DNA of 57,098 bases from NCBI GenBank assembly GCA_049583675.1, contig JBAUWG010000037.1:1-57098 (forward strand), in the 5' to 3' direction. Below the pieces are notes generated by a model. That model worked only from the letters and a program-made list of their open reading frames with translations. It was not told where the DNA came from and made no database searches. Positions 8,998 through 18,592 of this stretch are shown here, in pieces. Source of the stretch: Desulfobacterales bacterium (GTDB lineage: Bacteria > Desulfobacterota > Desulfobacteria > Desulfobacterales > UBA11574). The first letter of the stretch is position 1. Each line of letters begins with the position of its first letter. The translations under genes and the position numbers were made by a program.

Positions 8998-9165
8998 GAC
9001 GTTTCGGAAATTTCACAATATTTAGGTTTGAGATCACCCCTGGAGTGGTGGAATATGGGGTTAAAAATGAAAACTTCTGTGTTAACTGAAATAGAATTCC
9101 TTACACCCATCATTCCAATATTCTATTATTCCAGCATTCCCGTTGAGGTGAAGCCTAATTTAAAT
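8998..9165 (+). repeat. Structured intergenic repeat, copy A (between tetR and icmF)
   Basis: Shares ordered blocks with copies B and C: GACGTTTCGGAAATTT, TTAGGTTTGA, an 8-nt periodic GGA-rich arm (GGAGTGGT GGAATATG GGGTTAAA, 9042-9065), its inverted partner (ACACCCATCATTCCAATATTCTATTATTCCAGCATTCC, 9103-9140) and the 3' block TTGAGGTGAAGCCTAATTTAAAT. Confidence 0.7.
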
Positions 9166-9197
9166 AGTTTAAATCTTCAATTATTTAAGGAGAATGT

Positions 9198-12100
9198 ATG
9201 ACAATGGCTGTTGAAGCTTACACACCCAAACATCCGATCCGAATCGTTACCGCAACGTCTCTGTTTGACGGTCACGATGCATCCATTAACATCATGCGCC
9301 GCATACTTCAAGATGCCGGCGTCGAGGTGATTCATATGGGGCACAATCGCTCGGCCAATGAAATCGCCGATGCGGCTGTCCAGGAAGATGTCCAAGGGGT
9401 GGCCGTATCAAGCTACCAGGGCGGTCATCTGGAATTTTTTAAATATATTGTCGATCTTTTGAAAGAAAAAAATGCATCCCATATCAAGGTTTTTGGCGGC
9501 GGCGGCGGGGTGATCATACCCGAAGAGATCAAAGAGCTGGAGTCATATGGCGTCACCAAAATCTATTCTCCTGAAGACGGCGCCAAAATGGGGCTCCGGG
9601 GAATGATTGATCACATGGTTCAACTGATGGATTTTTCTACCATCGAAAAGAGAGATTTTGCCATTGAAAATCTGTCTCCGGAAAATACGTTCATGCTGGC
9701 CGGATTGATTACTGCCGTTGAACAAGCTAAGGCAAAAGATGACGGACACCTCGCAAAACTCAGATCTCAAATTCAGAAACAAATCGGCGATCGAAAAATT
9801 CCGGTGATCGGTATAACCGGAACCGGCGGTGCGGGGAAATCATCTCTAACGGACGAACTGATATTAAGGTTTCTAAATGATTTTAAACATCTTAAACTCG
9901 CGGTCATCAGCAGCGATCCATCCCGCCGAAAAACCGGCGGAGCCCTTTTGGGTGACAGAATACGCATGAATGCCATCGAAAACCCGAGAGTCTACATGCG
10001 GAGCCTTGCCACCCGCGGATCCCTGACAGAGATCCCTTATGCCCTGGCTGAAACCATAGATGTGACGAAAGCGGCCGGCTTCGACCTTGTGATTGTCGAA
10101 ACCGCCGGGATCGGACAGGGAGATTCGCACATTATCGATCTTGTTGATTTGTCAATCTATGTGATGACCAGTGAATTCGGAGCCGCCACCCAGCTTGAAA
10201 AAATAGACATGCTTGATTTTGCTCATCTTGTTGTCGTGAACAAATATGAAAAACGAGGCGGCGAAGATGCGGTGCGAGACGTGCGAAAGCAGGTGCAGCG
10301 CAATCGGAAAGCATGGGAAAGACCTCTCAAGGATATGCCGGTGTATGGCACCATTGCCTCCAAGTTTAACGATGACGGCGTCACGGCCTTGTATCATGGA
10401 ATTATCGATGCTTTGTCGGAAAAAACAGGCCTTGTTTTTGATTCGAACCTTAAAAAACGCGATACAAAGACGTCGACATCCAAGACCATTATTATTCCTC
10501 CGGAGCGAACCCGTTATCTTTTTGAAATTGCCGATACCGTCAGAAAGTATCACCGAGAAACGCAAAGGCAGTCGGATGCAGTGAGAAACGTCTGGCACCT
10601 GAAGGAAACCGTAAAGGTCCTGGGTGAAGATCCTCTTAAAGACGACGCAACACAGATGTTGAATCGGCTTAAGATGGAAATCGATAAGGCCGAAGAAGCG
10701 CTTCATCCCGAAACGACGGCCCTGCTGGCGGATTGGGAAACGATTGAAGCGGCGTATACCCAAGACGAACTGGTATATCGGGTGAGAGACCGGGAAATCA
10801 GGGTCTCCCTTTACACCACATCGCTGGCCCATACTAAAATTCCAAAAATAGTCCTTCCTAAGTTCAAAGACCCCGGAGAGATTTATGCCTGGTTGAGGAA
10901 AGAAAATATTGCCGGACGTTTTCCATACACCGCCGGTGTTTTTCCGTTAAGACGGATCGACGAAGATCCCACCCGCATGTTCGCGGGTGAAGGGGATCCG
11001 GCCAAGACCAACCGACGATTTAAGCTTTTATCCGCCGACGCCAAAGCCAAACGGTTGTCGACGGCCTTCGATTCCGTCACGCTATATGGGTGCGATCCGG
11101 ACATAAGGCCCGATATTTACGGCAAAGTCGGGACTTCCGGGGTCAGCATATGCACCATAGACGATGTGAAGGTGCTCTATGACGGCTTTAATTTGTGCGC
11201 ACCCGACACCTCGGTTTCCATGACCATCAACGGCCCGGCTCCCATCCTGCTTGCGATGTTTCTCAATACGGCCGTTGATCAACAACTTGACGCGTTTCGG
11301 ACGGAAAAAGGAAGAGAACCTTCGAAAAAAGAACACAACGATATTCGATCCAAGGCCCTTTACAATGTTCGCGGAACGGTACAGGCGGATATTTTAAAAG
11401 AAGACCAGGGGCAGAACACCTGTATTTTTTCCATCGAATTCGCACTGAAAATGATGGGAGATATCCAGGAATACTTTATAGAGAACAACGTTCGAAATTT
11501 CTATTCGGTTTCCATATCCGGATACCACATTGCCGAAGCCGGCGCCAATCCGATTACCCAGCTGGCCCTTACACTGGCCAACGGATTTACTTATGTCGAG
11601 TATTATTTGTCCCGGGGCATGCCCATTGACAGTTTTGCCCCCAATCTCTCCTTTTTCTTTTCCAACGGCATGGACCCTGAATACACGGTCATCGGAAGGG
11701 TGGCCAGGCGCATCTGGGCGATTGCCATGAAGCATAAATACGGCGGATCCGCCCGGTCTCAGATGCTGAAATATCATGTGCAGACATCCGGCCGCTCTTT
11801 GCACAGCCAGGACATCCAGCTCAATGACATCCGGACGACGCTTCAGGCCCTCTGCGCGATCTATGACAACTGCAACAGCTTGCACACCAATGCTTTTGAT
11901 GAAGCCATTACCACGCCGAGTCATGAATCGGTGAGACGGGCCTTGGCCATTCAGCTCATCATCAACCGGGAATGGGGCCTTGCCAAAAATGAAAATTTGA
12001 ATCAAGGCAGCTTCGTAGTGGAAGAATTGACTCGTTTGGTCGAAGAAGCGGTCCTATTGGAATTCGACAGGATCACCGAGCGCGGCGGCGTTCTGGGCGC

Positions 12101-12476
12101 CATGGAGACCGGTTATCAACGGAGCAAAATTCAGGAAGAATCCTTGTATTATGAAAATTTAAAACATACCGGTGAATTGCCCATAGTCGGTGTCAATACC
12201 TTTCGGGATCCGGATGCCGATTTGGAGCAATTGACCGAATACATTGAGTTGTCCAGGGCCACCGAGGCTGAAAAGCAGTCGCAGATTAAGCGTCTGGCGG
12301 CGTTCAAGAAACAGCATAACAAAGCGTCGGATAACGCATTGCAACGGTTGCAGCACGTTGCCCTGTCCGGGGAAAACATTTTTGCAGAACTGATGGAGAC
12401 CGTCAAGGTGTGCACCCTGGGCCAGATTACCCAGGCATTATATGATGTGGGGGGAAAGTATCGACGAAATATGTAA
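9198..12476 (+). CDS. icmF: Fused isobutyryl-CoA mutase (IcmF): B12-binding domain, MeaB-like GTPase and mutase catalytic domain
   Basis: 1092 aa, AAGGAG 6 nt upstream. N-terminal B12-binding domain ([19 protein letters not shown]). P-loop [12 protein letters not shown] at 9810-9842. C-terminal acyl-CoA mutase TIM-barrel domain of about 530 aa. Confidence 0.9.
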   Translation: MTMAVEAYTPKHPIRIVTATSLFDGHDASINIMRRILQDAGVEVIHMGHNRSANEIADAAVQEDVQGVAVSSYQGGHLEFFKYIVDLLKEKNASHIKVFGGGGGVIIPEEIKELESYGVTKIYSPEDGAKMGLRGMIDHMVQLMDFSTIEKRDFAIENLSPENTFMLAGLITAVEQAKAKDDGHLAKLRSQIQKQIGDRKIPVIGITGTGGAGKSSLTDELILRFLNDFKHLKLAVISSDPSRRKTGGALLGDRIRMNAIENPRVYMRSLATRGSLTEIPYALAETIDVTKAAGFDLVIVETAGIGQGDSHIIDLVDLSIYVMTSEFGAATQLEKIDMLDFAHLVVVNKYEKRGGEDAVRDVRKQVQRNRKAWERPLKDMPVYGTIASKFNDDGVTALYHGIIDALSEKTGLVFDSNLKKRDTKTSTSKTIIIPPERTRYLFEIADTVRKYHRETQRQSDAVRNVWHLKETVKVLGEDPLKDDATQMLNRLKMEIDKAEEALHPETTALLADWETIEAAYTQDELVYRVRDREIRVSLYTTSLAHTKIPKIVLPKFKDPGEIYAWLRKENIAGRFPYTAGVFPLRRIDEDPTRMFAGEGDPAKTNRRFKLLSADAKAKRLSTAFDSVTLYGCDPDIRPDIYGKVGTSGVSICTIDDVKVLYDGFNLCAPDTSVSMTINGPAPILLAMFLNTAVDQQLDAFRTEKGREPSKKEHNDIRSKALYNVRGTVQADILKEDQGQNTCIFSIEFALKMMGDIQEYFIENNVRNFYSVSISGYHIAEAGANPITQLALTLANGFTYVEYYLSRGMPIDSFAPNLSFFFSNGMDPEYTVIGRVARRIWAIAMKHKYGGSARSQMLKYHVQTSGRSLHSQDIQLNDIRTTLQALCAIYDNCNSLHTNAFDEAITTPSHESVRRALAIQLIINREWGLAKNENLNQGSFVVEELTRLVEEAVLLEFDRITERGGVLGAMETGYQRSKIQEESLYYENLKHTGELPIVGVNTFRDPDADLEQLTEYIELSRATEAEKQSQIKRLAAFKKQHNKASDNALQRLQHVALSGENIFAELMETVKVCTLGQITQALYDVGGKYRRNM

Positions 12477-12493
12477 AATTTAAGGAGATCGAC

Positions 12494-13669
12494 ATGCAAG
12501 AAGCAGTGATCGTGAGTGCGGTGAGAACACCGTTGGGAAGTTATAATGGTTCTTTGGCAAATATCGGCGGCACCCGATTGGGTGCCGTTGTCATTGAAGC
12601 AGCAGTTCAACGGGCCGGTATCAAAAAGGATGACGTGAATGAAGTGATTATGGGCATGGTGCTTCCATGCGGCTATGGACAGAATCCCGCCAGGCAGGCG
12701 GCTGTTCAAGCTGCGATGCCGTATTCGGTTGAATGCATCACTGTGAATAAGGTTTGCGGTTCGGCATTAAAAGCGGTTATGCTTGCCGCCCAGGCGATTC
12801 AGGTGGGAGATGCCGACGTGGTGGTGGCCGGCGGCATGGAAAATATGAGCATGGCCCCATATTATCTTGAAAAGGCACGTTTCGGATATCGAATGGGACC
12901 CGGAAAACTTGAGGATCACATGGTTCATGACGGTCTTTGGGATATTGTCAATGATTTCCACATGGGTGTTTCCAATGAACTGTGTTCGGAAAAGTATGAT
13001 ATCAGCCGCCAAGACCAGGATGTTTATGCTGCCGAATCATACCGACGTGCGCTTGAAGCCATCCGCAGCGGCCGCTTCAACGATGAAATCGTTCCCGTCG
13101 AAATCCGCGGGCGAAAAGGAGATCCTGTGATGTTCGGTCAGGATGAATGTCCCCGAGAGACGACATATGAAGCCCTTTCAAAAATGAAGCCCGCGTTTCA
13201 AAAGGATGGGAAGGGGACCGCCGGCAATGCATCCATTATCAGCGACGGCGCTGCGGCGGTAGTGGTGATGTCCAAAGATAAGGCAACGGCGTTGGGGTGC
13301 CGGATCATGGCGACCATCGGCGCCCAGGCGTCTTTTGGCATGGATATGAAATACGTTCTGGTGGCGCCGATTTGGGCTATCCCCAAGTGTCTGAAAAAGG
13401 AAGGAATTTCTATTCAGGACGTGGATCTTTTTGAGATCAACGAAGCCTTCAGCGGTTCGACGGCGGCCGTGTTGAAAGAGCTTGGCCTGGATCATGGCAA
13501 GGTGAATGTGAACGGCGGAAGTGTCGCGCTGGGCCACCCCATTGGCGCCAGCGGATGCCGTATTCTTGTGACGCTTTTGTATGAAATGACACGGCGGGAC
13601 AACAAAGTTGGGATCGCATCCCTGTGCCTCGGTGGCGGCGAAGCTGTTGCCATGGTGGTAAAACGATAA
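12494..13669 (+). CDS. Acetyl-CoA C-acetyltransferase (thiolase II)
   Basis: 391 aa, SD AAGGAGA. Active-site Cys context [13 protein letters not shown]-terminal [15 protein letters not shown] and [12 protein letters not shown] motifs. Confidence 0.9.
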   Translation: MQEAVIVSAVRTPLGSYNGSLANIGGTRLGAVVIEAAVQRAGIKKDDVNEVIMGMVLPCGYGQNPARQAAVQAAMPYSVECITVNKVCGSALKAVMLAAQAIQVGDADVVVAGGMENMSMAPYYLEKARFGYRMGPGKLEDHMVHDGLWDIVNDFHMGVSNELCSEKYDISRQDQDVYAAESYRRALEAIRSGRFNDEIVPVEIRGRKGDPVMFGQDECPRETTYEALSKMKPAFQKDGKGTAGNASIISDGAAAVVVMSKDKATALGCRIMATIGAQASFGMDMKYVLVAPIWAIPKCLKKEGISIQDVDLFEINEAFSGSTAAVLKELGLDHGKVNVNGGSVALGHPIGASGCRILVTLLYEMTRRDNKVGIASLCLGGGEAVAMVVKR

Positions 13670-13679
13670 GGAGACGGAT

Positions 13680-14531
13680 ATGGATATCAAAACATTTGGT
13701 GTTGCAGGTGCCGGGCAGATGGGAAGCGGTATTGCCCAGGTTGCCGCGGCAAGCGGTTTTGAGGTGATCATGAACGACATCAAGACGGAATTTGTCGAAC
13801 GTGGTTTTGCAGCCATAAAAAAAAATTTAAAGCGAAGTGTCGAAAAAGGCCAAATGACGGATGAAGAAATGGATGTTGTTTTGGGAAGGATCAGAACCAG
13901 CGCAGACATCCATGATATGGGGTCCGCCGATGTGGTTGTGGAGGCTGCCACCGAAAACCAATCCCTCAAATTTCAGATTTTTAAGGATCTGGATCGAATC
14001 TGTGAATCCCATGTGATTCTGGCCACCAATACATCGTCCATTCCCATTGGCAGGATCGCAGCCCAAACCCACCGTCCGGATAAAATTATCGGGATGCATT
14101 TTATGAATCCGGTTCCAGTGATGAAACTGATTGAAATCATCCCGGGACTGGAAACATCGGATGAGACCTTTAACATCATCTGGGATCTGGCTTTAAAGCT
14201 CGGTAAAACACCGGCTCAGGCAAATGATTTTCCCGGCTTTATCATTAATCGAATTCTCATGCCCATGATCAATGAAGCCGTGTATTGCCTGTATCATGGT
14301 GTGGGTTCCCGGGAAGATATCGACATCGTCATGAAGCTGGGTGCGAATCATCCCATGGGACCTTTGGCGCTGGCGGATCTCATCGGACTGGATACCTGTC
14401 TTGCGATTATGGATACGCTTTTTGACGGATTTAAAGATTCAAAATATCGTCCCTGTCCGCTGCTTAAAAAATATGTGGAAGCCGGTTGGCTGGGGAGAAA
14501 GACGGGACGAGGGTTTTATGAATACAAATAA
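13680..14531 (+). CDS. hbd: 3-hydroxybutyryl-CoA dehydrogenase
   Basis: 283 aa, SD AAGGAGA. Rossmann motif [14 protein letters not shown] and the [15 protein letters not shown] signature of 3-hydroxyacyl-CoA dehydrogenases. Confidence 0.9.
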   Translation: MDIKTFGVAGAGQMGSGIAQVAAASGFEVIMNDIKTEFVERGFAAIKKNLKRSVEKGQMTDEEMDVVLGRIRTSADIHDMGSADVVVEAATENQSLKFQIFKDLDRICESHVILATNTSSIPIGRIAAQTHRPDKIIGMHFMNPVPVMKLIEIIPGLETSDETFNIIWDLALKLGKTPAQANDFPGFIINRILMPMINEAVYCLYHGVGSREDIDIVMKLGANHPMGPLALADLIGLDTCLAIMDTLFDGFKDSKYRPCPLLKKYVEAGWLGRKTGRGFYEYK

Positions 14532-14540
14532 GGAGGCGCC

Positions 14541-15092
14541 ATGGCCGGTAAGAAAGCAGGAACTGTTGTTCCGGTGGGGAAGAAGATCAAACAGGAGCGA
14601 TTAAAAAAGAAGATGTCCCTTGACCGAGTTGCCAATGAAACCGGTTTTTCGATCGATTACTTGAAAAAAGTGGAAAGCGGTAAGAATATACCGCCGGTGG
14701 GAGCACTTTTACAGATTGCGAGAGCGCTGGAGATCGATTCCGGCTTATTTTTAAAAGAACAAGAATCAAACTTGAAAAATCGTATCAAGGCATATACCAA
14801 ACGCACCGAAAATTATGCATATACGACGCTCACACCGGGAGCTGAAAACAAACATTTAAAGGCGTTCAAGGTTGCCATCGAACCCATGACGGATCATAAA
14901 GGCGTTGGGTATCAGCACGAAGGGGAAGAGTTTGTTTACGTACTGTCCGGAAAGATCGAGGTGATTGTCGGGGATCATGTGAACACACTCGATACCGGAG
15001 AATCACTTCACTTTAATTCCGGAATTCGTCACAAACTCAGGAATATCGGAGACGAAAAAGCAGAACTTGTGGTTGTCATCTATGGACATTAA
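14541..15092 (+). CDS. XRE-family HTH plus cupin-domain transcriptional regulator
   Basis: 183 aa, SD AAGGAGG. HTH VGKKIKQERLKKKMSLDRVANETGFSIDYLKKVESGK. Cupin HEGEEFVYVLSGKIEVIVGDHVNTLDTGESLHF. Paralogue in architecture of 1643-2281. Confidence 0.8.
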   Translation: MAGKKAGTVVPVGKKIKQERLKKKMSLDRVANETGFSIDYLKKVESGKNIPPVGALLQIARALEIDSGLFLKEQESNLKNRIKAYTKRTENYAYTTLTPGAENKHLKAFKVAIEPMTDHKGVGYQHEGEEFVYVLSGKIEVIVGDHVNTLDTGESLHFNSGIRHKLRNIGDEKAELVVVIYGH

Positions 15093-15185
15093 AAATGCTC
15101 AAAGCTGAAAGCTCAAAGCCTGAAGAAAAGACCTTTCAGCTCCCAAACCGTACCAGGATTCAATGCAAAATTAAAGGAATTGTCT

Positions 15186-16352
15186 ATGTCGTTTGCGCTG
15201 ACGGATGAACAGATCATGATTCAGACCATGGCTCGGGAGTTTTCGCGGAAAGTAGTGGCCCAAAGCGCCGCGGACCGGGATCGGACCAAGGAATTTCCAT
15301 CCGAAAATCTAAAGAAGATGGGAGAGTTGGGATTAATGGGGATGATGGTTCCAATTGAGTACGAAGGATCCGGGGCCGACACGGTCAGCTACGTCCTCGC
15401 GCTTTCGGAAATTGCGTACTCCTGTGCGTCTACCGCGGTGGTGATGTCGGTTCATAATTCCATTGTTTGTGAAACCATTTACCGTTTGGGAAGCGAAGAC
15501 CAAAAGGATCGATTTTTGAAAGCCCTTGCATCAGGAGATATCATCGGCGCCTTTGCCATGACCGAACCCCACGCCGGATCCGATCCGGTCAGACAATCCA
15601 CCACGGCGGTACGAAAAGGGGATGAATATATTATCAACGGAACAAAGCGGTTTATCACCTCGGGCAAAAATGCCGGACTGGTGATCGTAACCGCCGTTAC
15701 CGATGAAGCGAAACGTCACCATGGGATCAGCGCATTCATCGTTGAGAAAGGCGCACCCGGACTTCAAGTGGGTCACGAAGAAGATAAAATGGGGCTTCGG
15801 GCTTCCGACACCACGGATTTGATTTTTAACAATTGCAAAGTTCCCGTTGAAAACCGTCTGGGAGAAGAAGGGGATGGATTTAAAATTGCCATGAAAGCCC
15901 TGGACGGCGGACGCATCGGTATTGCGGCTCAGTCGCTGGGGGTTGCGCAGGCGGCATTTGATGCGTCTTTGAAGTATGCCAAAAAGAGGGAGCAGTTTGG
16001 ACAGTCGATTTCAAAATTCCAGGGATTGCGTTGGATTTTGGCGGATATGGCCACGGAGATAGAGGCGGCCAGACAATTGATGCTTTCCGCGGCGGCCATG
16101 AAAGACAGGGGTGAAAAGTTTACCATACAAGCCTCCATGGCCAAGCTTTTTGCCTCCGAGATGGTCAACCGGGTAACGGCAAAAGCGCTTCAAATGCACG
16201 GCGGATATGGATTTATCAAAGACTATCCGGTTGAACGTTTTTATCGAGATGCCCGTGTGTTTACCATTTATGAAGGAACTTCCGAGATCCAAAGGGTGGT
16301 GATTTCCAATCATATCTTAAAGGACAAACGCAAGCCCCGTCACGGATCCTGA
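15186..16352 (+). CDS. Acyl-CoA dehydrogenase (short/branched-chain type)
   Basis: The tracked ORF starts at TTG 15180. The ATG at 15186 sits 8 nt after AAAGGAA. Motifs AFAMTEPHAGSD and IYEGTSEIQRVVIS. Confidence 0.9.
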   Translation: MSFALTDEQIMIQTMAREFSRKVVAQSAADRDRTKEFPSENLKKMGELGLMGMMVPIEYEGSGADTVSYVLALSEIAYSCASTAVVMSVHNSIVCETIYRLGSEDQKDRFLKALASGDIIGAFAMTEPHAGSDPVRQSTTAVRKGDEYIINGTKRFITSGKNAGLVIVTAVTDEAKRHHGISAFIVEKGAPGLQVGHEEDKMGLRASDTTDLIFNNCKVPVENRLGEEGDGFKIAMKALDGGRIGIAAQSLGVAQAAFDASLKYAKKREQFGQSISKFQGLRWILADMATEIEAARQLMLSAAAMKDRGEKFTIQASMAKLFASEMVNRVTAKALQMHGGYGFIKDYPVERFYRDARVFTIYEGTSEIQRVVISNHILKDKRKPRHGS

Positions 16353-16692
16353 ACATCCGATCCCTCAAATTTTTAATTAAAGAGCAGCCTGTAGCCCCGT
16401 CGAAAAAGGATTTCCTTCACACGGCATCGGCGGACAAGTCTGCTTTGTTCCAACAAGTTACGGGAAATACGCTCGCTTTGGCCGGTTCAGAACCCGGAGT
16501 TCGGATCATCATCGAAAACGGATATAAGGATTCTTTTTAGTTCACTTATCAAGTCCTTTCAAATAATTGCAGCTTTCTTGCATCACATCATACGATAGGA
16601 CATTCTGTTCTTTTTACCAAATTCGGAATAAAATGTTCTTTTCCCGTAATTTAATATTTTTATAAAGTTGTGATTATAAATAGTTACGTTTA

Positions 16693-16708
16693 TGGCACGA
16701 TGGATGCT
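16693..16708 (+). promoter_or_regulatory. Sigma-54 (-24/-12) type promoter candidate upstream of the acidic-protein gene
   Basis: TGGCACGATGGATGCT matches TGGCACG-N4-TTGCW at every position except one (A for the first T of TTGC), with correct GG/GC spacing. It lies about 77 nt upstream of the ATG at 16785. Confidence 0.55.
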
Positions 16709-16784
16709 ATTAGCCGTTGAACAATCCTTGCCAAGAAGTTTGAAAGAATGTTTAGTGACGTTATATTGAACAAAAGGAGATCCT

Positions 16785-17144
16785 ATGAAAAAAGCAAAAA
16801 ATACAGGAAAAGAAATAACCATCATTGGTGTTGTAGAAGAGATCGAGGAAGAGGACGGCACCGGACTGATCATCGCTACGGACGACGACGACTATGTGGT
16901 GGAACTCAACAAACAGGGTAAAAGGCTTTCTCAAGAGGTTGACATGGATGTTGAAGTGACCGGAATCGTAACCAAAGGTGAAGACGGGACAAAACGGATC
17001 ACCGTCACAAAATTCGAGGTTCTCGAATCCGACGACGATGATGATGAGGACGAGGACGAGGAATACTATGACGACGACGATGACGAATCATACGATGACG
17101 ATGAGCCATCCGATGATGACGATGACACCCGGCGTTGGTTGTAG
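16785..17144 (+). CDS. Small, extremely acidic hypothetical protein
   Basis: 119 aa with strong SD (AAAGGAGATCCTATG). The N-terminal part of about 75 aa is beta-rich. The C-terminal tail of about 45 aa is almost entirely Asp/Glu (SDDDDDEDEDEEYYDDDDDESYDDDEPSDDDDD). No family recognised. Confidence 0.6.
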   Translation: MKKAKNTGKEITIIGVVEEIEEEDGTGLIIATDDDDYVVELNKQGKRLSQEVDMDVEVTGIVTKGEDGTKRITVTKFEVLESDDDDDEDEDEEYYDDDDDESYDDDEPSDDDDDTRRWL

Positions 17145-17216
17145 ATTTTAGCCGGCATCGAAGCGGTATCAAAAAAATTGACAGGGCAACTGTGGACGAC
17201 GACGGGATCGTCGAGC

Positions 17217-17702
17217 TTAAGGATCTTGAAAAATTTTTGACGCCAGATCGATATCTTCCGGACAGAAGACAAAAAGACATTTTTCATCAGAGGATGAAAC
17301 CGTTCCGTAAACATAGTTGATATTGATCCCTTCTTCTCCGAACTTGGTGGCGACGGCCGCAAGGGAACCCGGTTTGTTTTCAAGCTCAAGGGTCATCACC
17401 GGCATGATATCGAAAAGGTAATCGTTTTTTGACAAAAGATCGATCGCCTTGTCGGTCTGGTCGACCAGCATGCGGATCAGTGCAAACTGGGCCGAATCCT
17501 TCCTCATAGAATTGTAGCTGGCCACCGACGCGATCCGTTTGAGCGATTTTCCTCTGGCTTCAAAAAGGTTCTGGACATAGCTGGAAGCATCCTGGATGGT
17601 GAGGGCGTCGATGTTGATGCTTTCGGTTGAAAACAGCGATGCCAATTTCCCCAGCTCACCGGGAATATTTTTTAAAAAGAGTGATATTTCAGTTCTGACC
17701 AT
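17217..17702 (-). CDS. Tandem ACT-domain protein
   Basis: 161 aa with two ACT-like beta-alpha-beta-beta-alpha-beta units (EISLFLKNIPGELGKLASLFSTESINIDAL and MTLELENKPGSLAAVATKFGEEGININYVYG). Confidence 0.7.
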   Translation of the reverse strand: MVRTEISLFLKNIPGELGKLASLFSTESINIDALTIQDASSYVQNLFEARGKSLKRIASVASYNSMRKDSAQFALIRMLVDQTDKAIDLLSKNDYLFDIMPVMTLELENKPGSLAAVATKFGEEGININYVYGTVSSSDEKCLFVFCPEDIDLASKIFQDP

Positions 17703-17738
17703 GATGTGTACCTGCTCTGTAAGGTTGACGATCCGGTG

Positions 17739-18416
17739 TTATTTTAAGGCGTCCCGGATGGTATTTCGCAATTCAGCGGATCCGGGGTTGCTGACCAATT
17801 TTTGTTTGATAATACCGATCGGACTGACTTTTTGGCCATAATACGCCTCATCCCAATCGTAATTCACTTTTACAATGGCGCCCTGCATGGAGATGCCGGC
17901 AAAAGCGCCCTTTGACTTTACGAACGAGACGAAATCCGTCATGATATCGGCCCCGGCGCCGCCGCCCACAGGTCCAACGGCAATGGAGGCATCGCCGCCG
18001 AACTTAAAAGAAGATGAATACAGTCTTTCCAATCCTTTCTGGGTAAAAACCATCATAACAATCTCCGACTGTTCACCTCCGAATTGTATGCCGAGACTCA
18101 ACGATCCGATGGTATAAAAGGCGGGCTGACTCCAGTCTCCTGTAGCTTCATCCTTAACAACGAGCACGCCGCGCCCGCCGGAGCCGCCGATAAACCAGGC
18201 ACCTTGAAGCAATTCCGGAATAATCAGAAGCCCTTTGGCTTGAGGCAGGTGGCTGCGGAACCAACCCATGTTTTTATCGATCATAAAACTTTTAAAGGTT
18301 ATCCTCGCCTGGTCCACCAGCAACTGCTGTTTAGCAGGGTCTTCGGCCCGGACAGGGGTGACAAAGGCGGCGACAATGGCAATGACGGTTAAAATAACGA
18401 TGGCGTGTTTTTTCAT
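17739..18416 (-). CDS. Secreted SYLF (Ysc84-like, DUF500) lipid-binding domain protein
   Basis: Signal peptide MKKHAIVILTVIAIVAAFVTPVRA|E. Gly-rich SYLF-type core (GGSGGRGVLV, GIQFGGEQSEIVMMV, FGGDASIAVGPVGGGAGA). Confidence 0.8.
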   Translation of the reverse strand: MKKHAIVILTVIAIVAAFVTPVRAEDPAKQQLLVDQARITFKSFMIDKNMGWFRSHLPQAKGLLIIPELLQGAWFIGGSGGRGVLVVKDEATGDWSQPAFYTIGSLSLGIQFGGEQSEIVMMVFTQKGLERLYSSSFKFGGDASIAVGPVGGGAGADIMTDFVSFVKSKGAFAGISMQGAIVKVNYDWDEAYYGQKVSPIGIIKQKLVSNPGSAELRNTIRDALK

Positions 18417-18592
18417 CTTTCAACTCTCCTTTCGTCGATAACCTACCGATATTATGAGCTGTTATTTTTGTTCGAATATCGTTGATAAAATTAAGCGCTG
18501 AACGTTTTTATTGTACAATAAATAAGTTTATCAAGTTTTTCAATGGAAATTTAATCTCAGGCAAACGTTTAGCATTTTAAAACTTGATCGTT

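Noticed and set aside
8975-9197. Possible cobalamin riboswitch upstream of the B12-dependent icmF.
   Set aside because: I saw no B12-box-like element. The same sequence family recurs downstream of the yibQ-like gene and pyrE, which are unrelated to B12. I therefore treat it as a generic repeat (see findings).
10152-10832. A 226-aa ORF on the minus strand inside icmF, plus similar ones at 11394-12005 and 12149-12709.
   Set aside because: They are antisense shadow ORFs inside a gene with clear, continuous homology-type motifs on the plus strand. Their products are low-complexity and Arg/Gly/Phe-rich with no recognisable domains or SD.
13178-13969. A 263-aa minus-strand ORF spanning the thiolase/hbd junction.
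   Set aside because: It is antisense to two well-supported genes and crosses their intergenic SD. No motif is present. It is typical of an open antisense frame opposite a moderately GC-rich coding region.
17005-17389. Two minus-strand ORFs (91 and 107 aa) with poly-Ser/Arg/His runs.
   Set aside because: They are the reverse-frame reading of the GAC/GAT/GAA codon run that encodes the acidic tail of 16785-17144. They are a low-complexity artefact.
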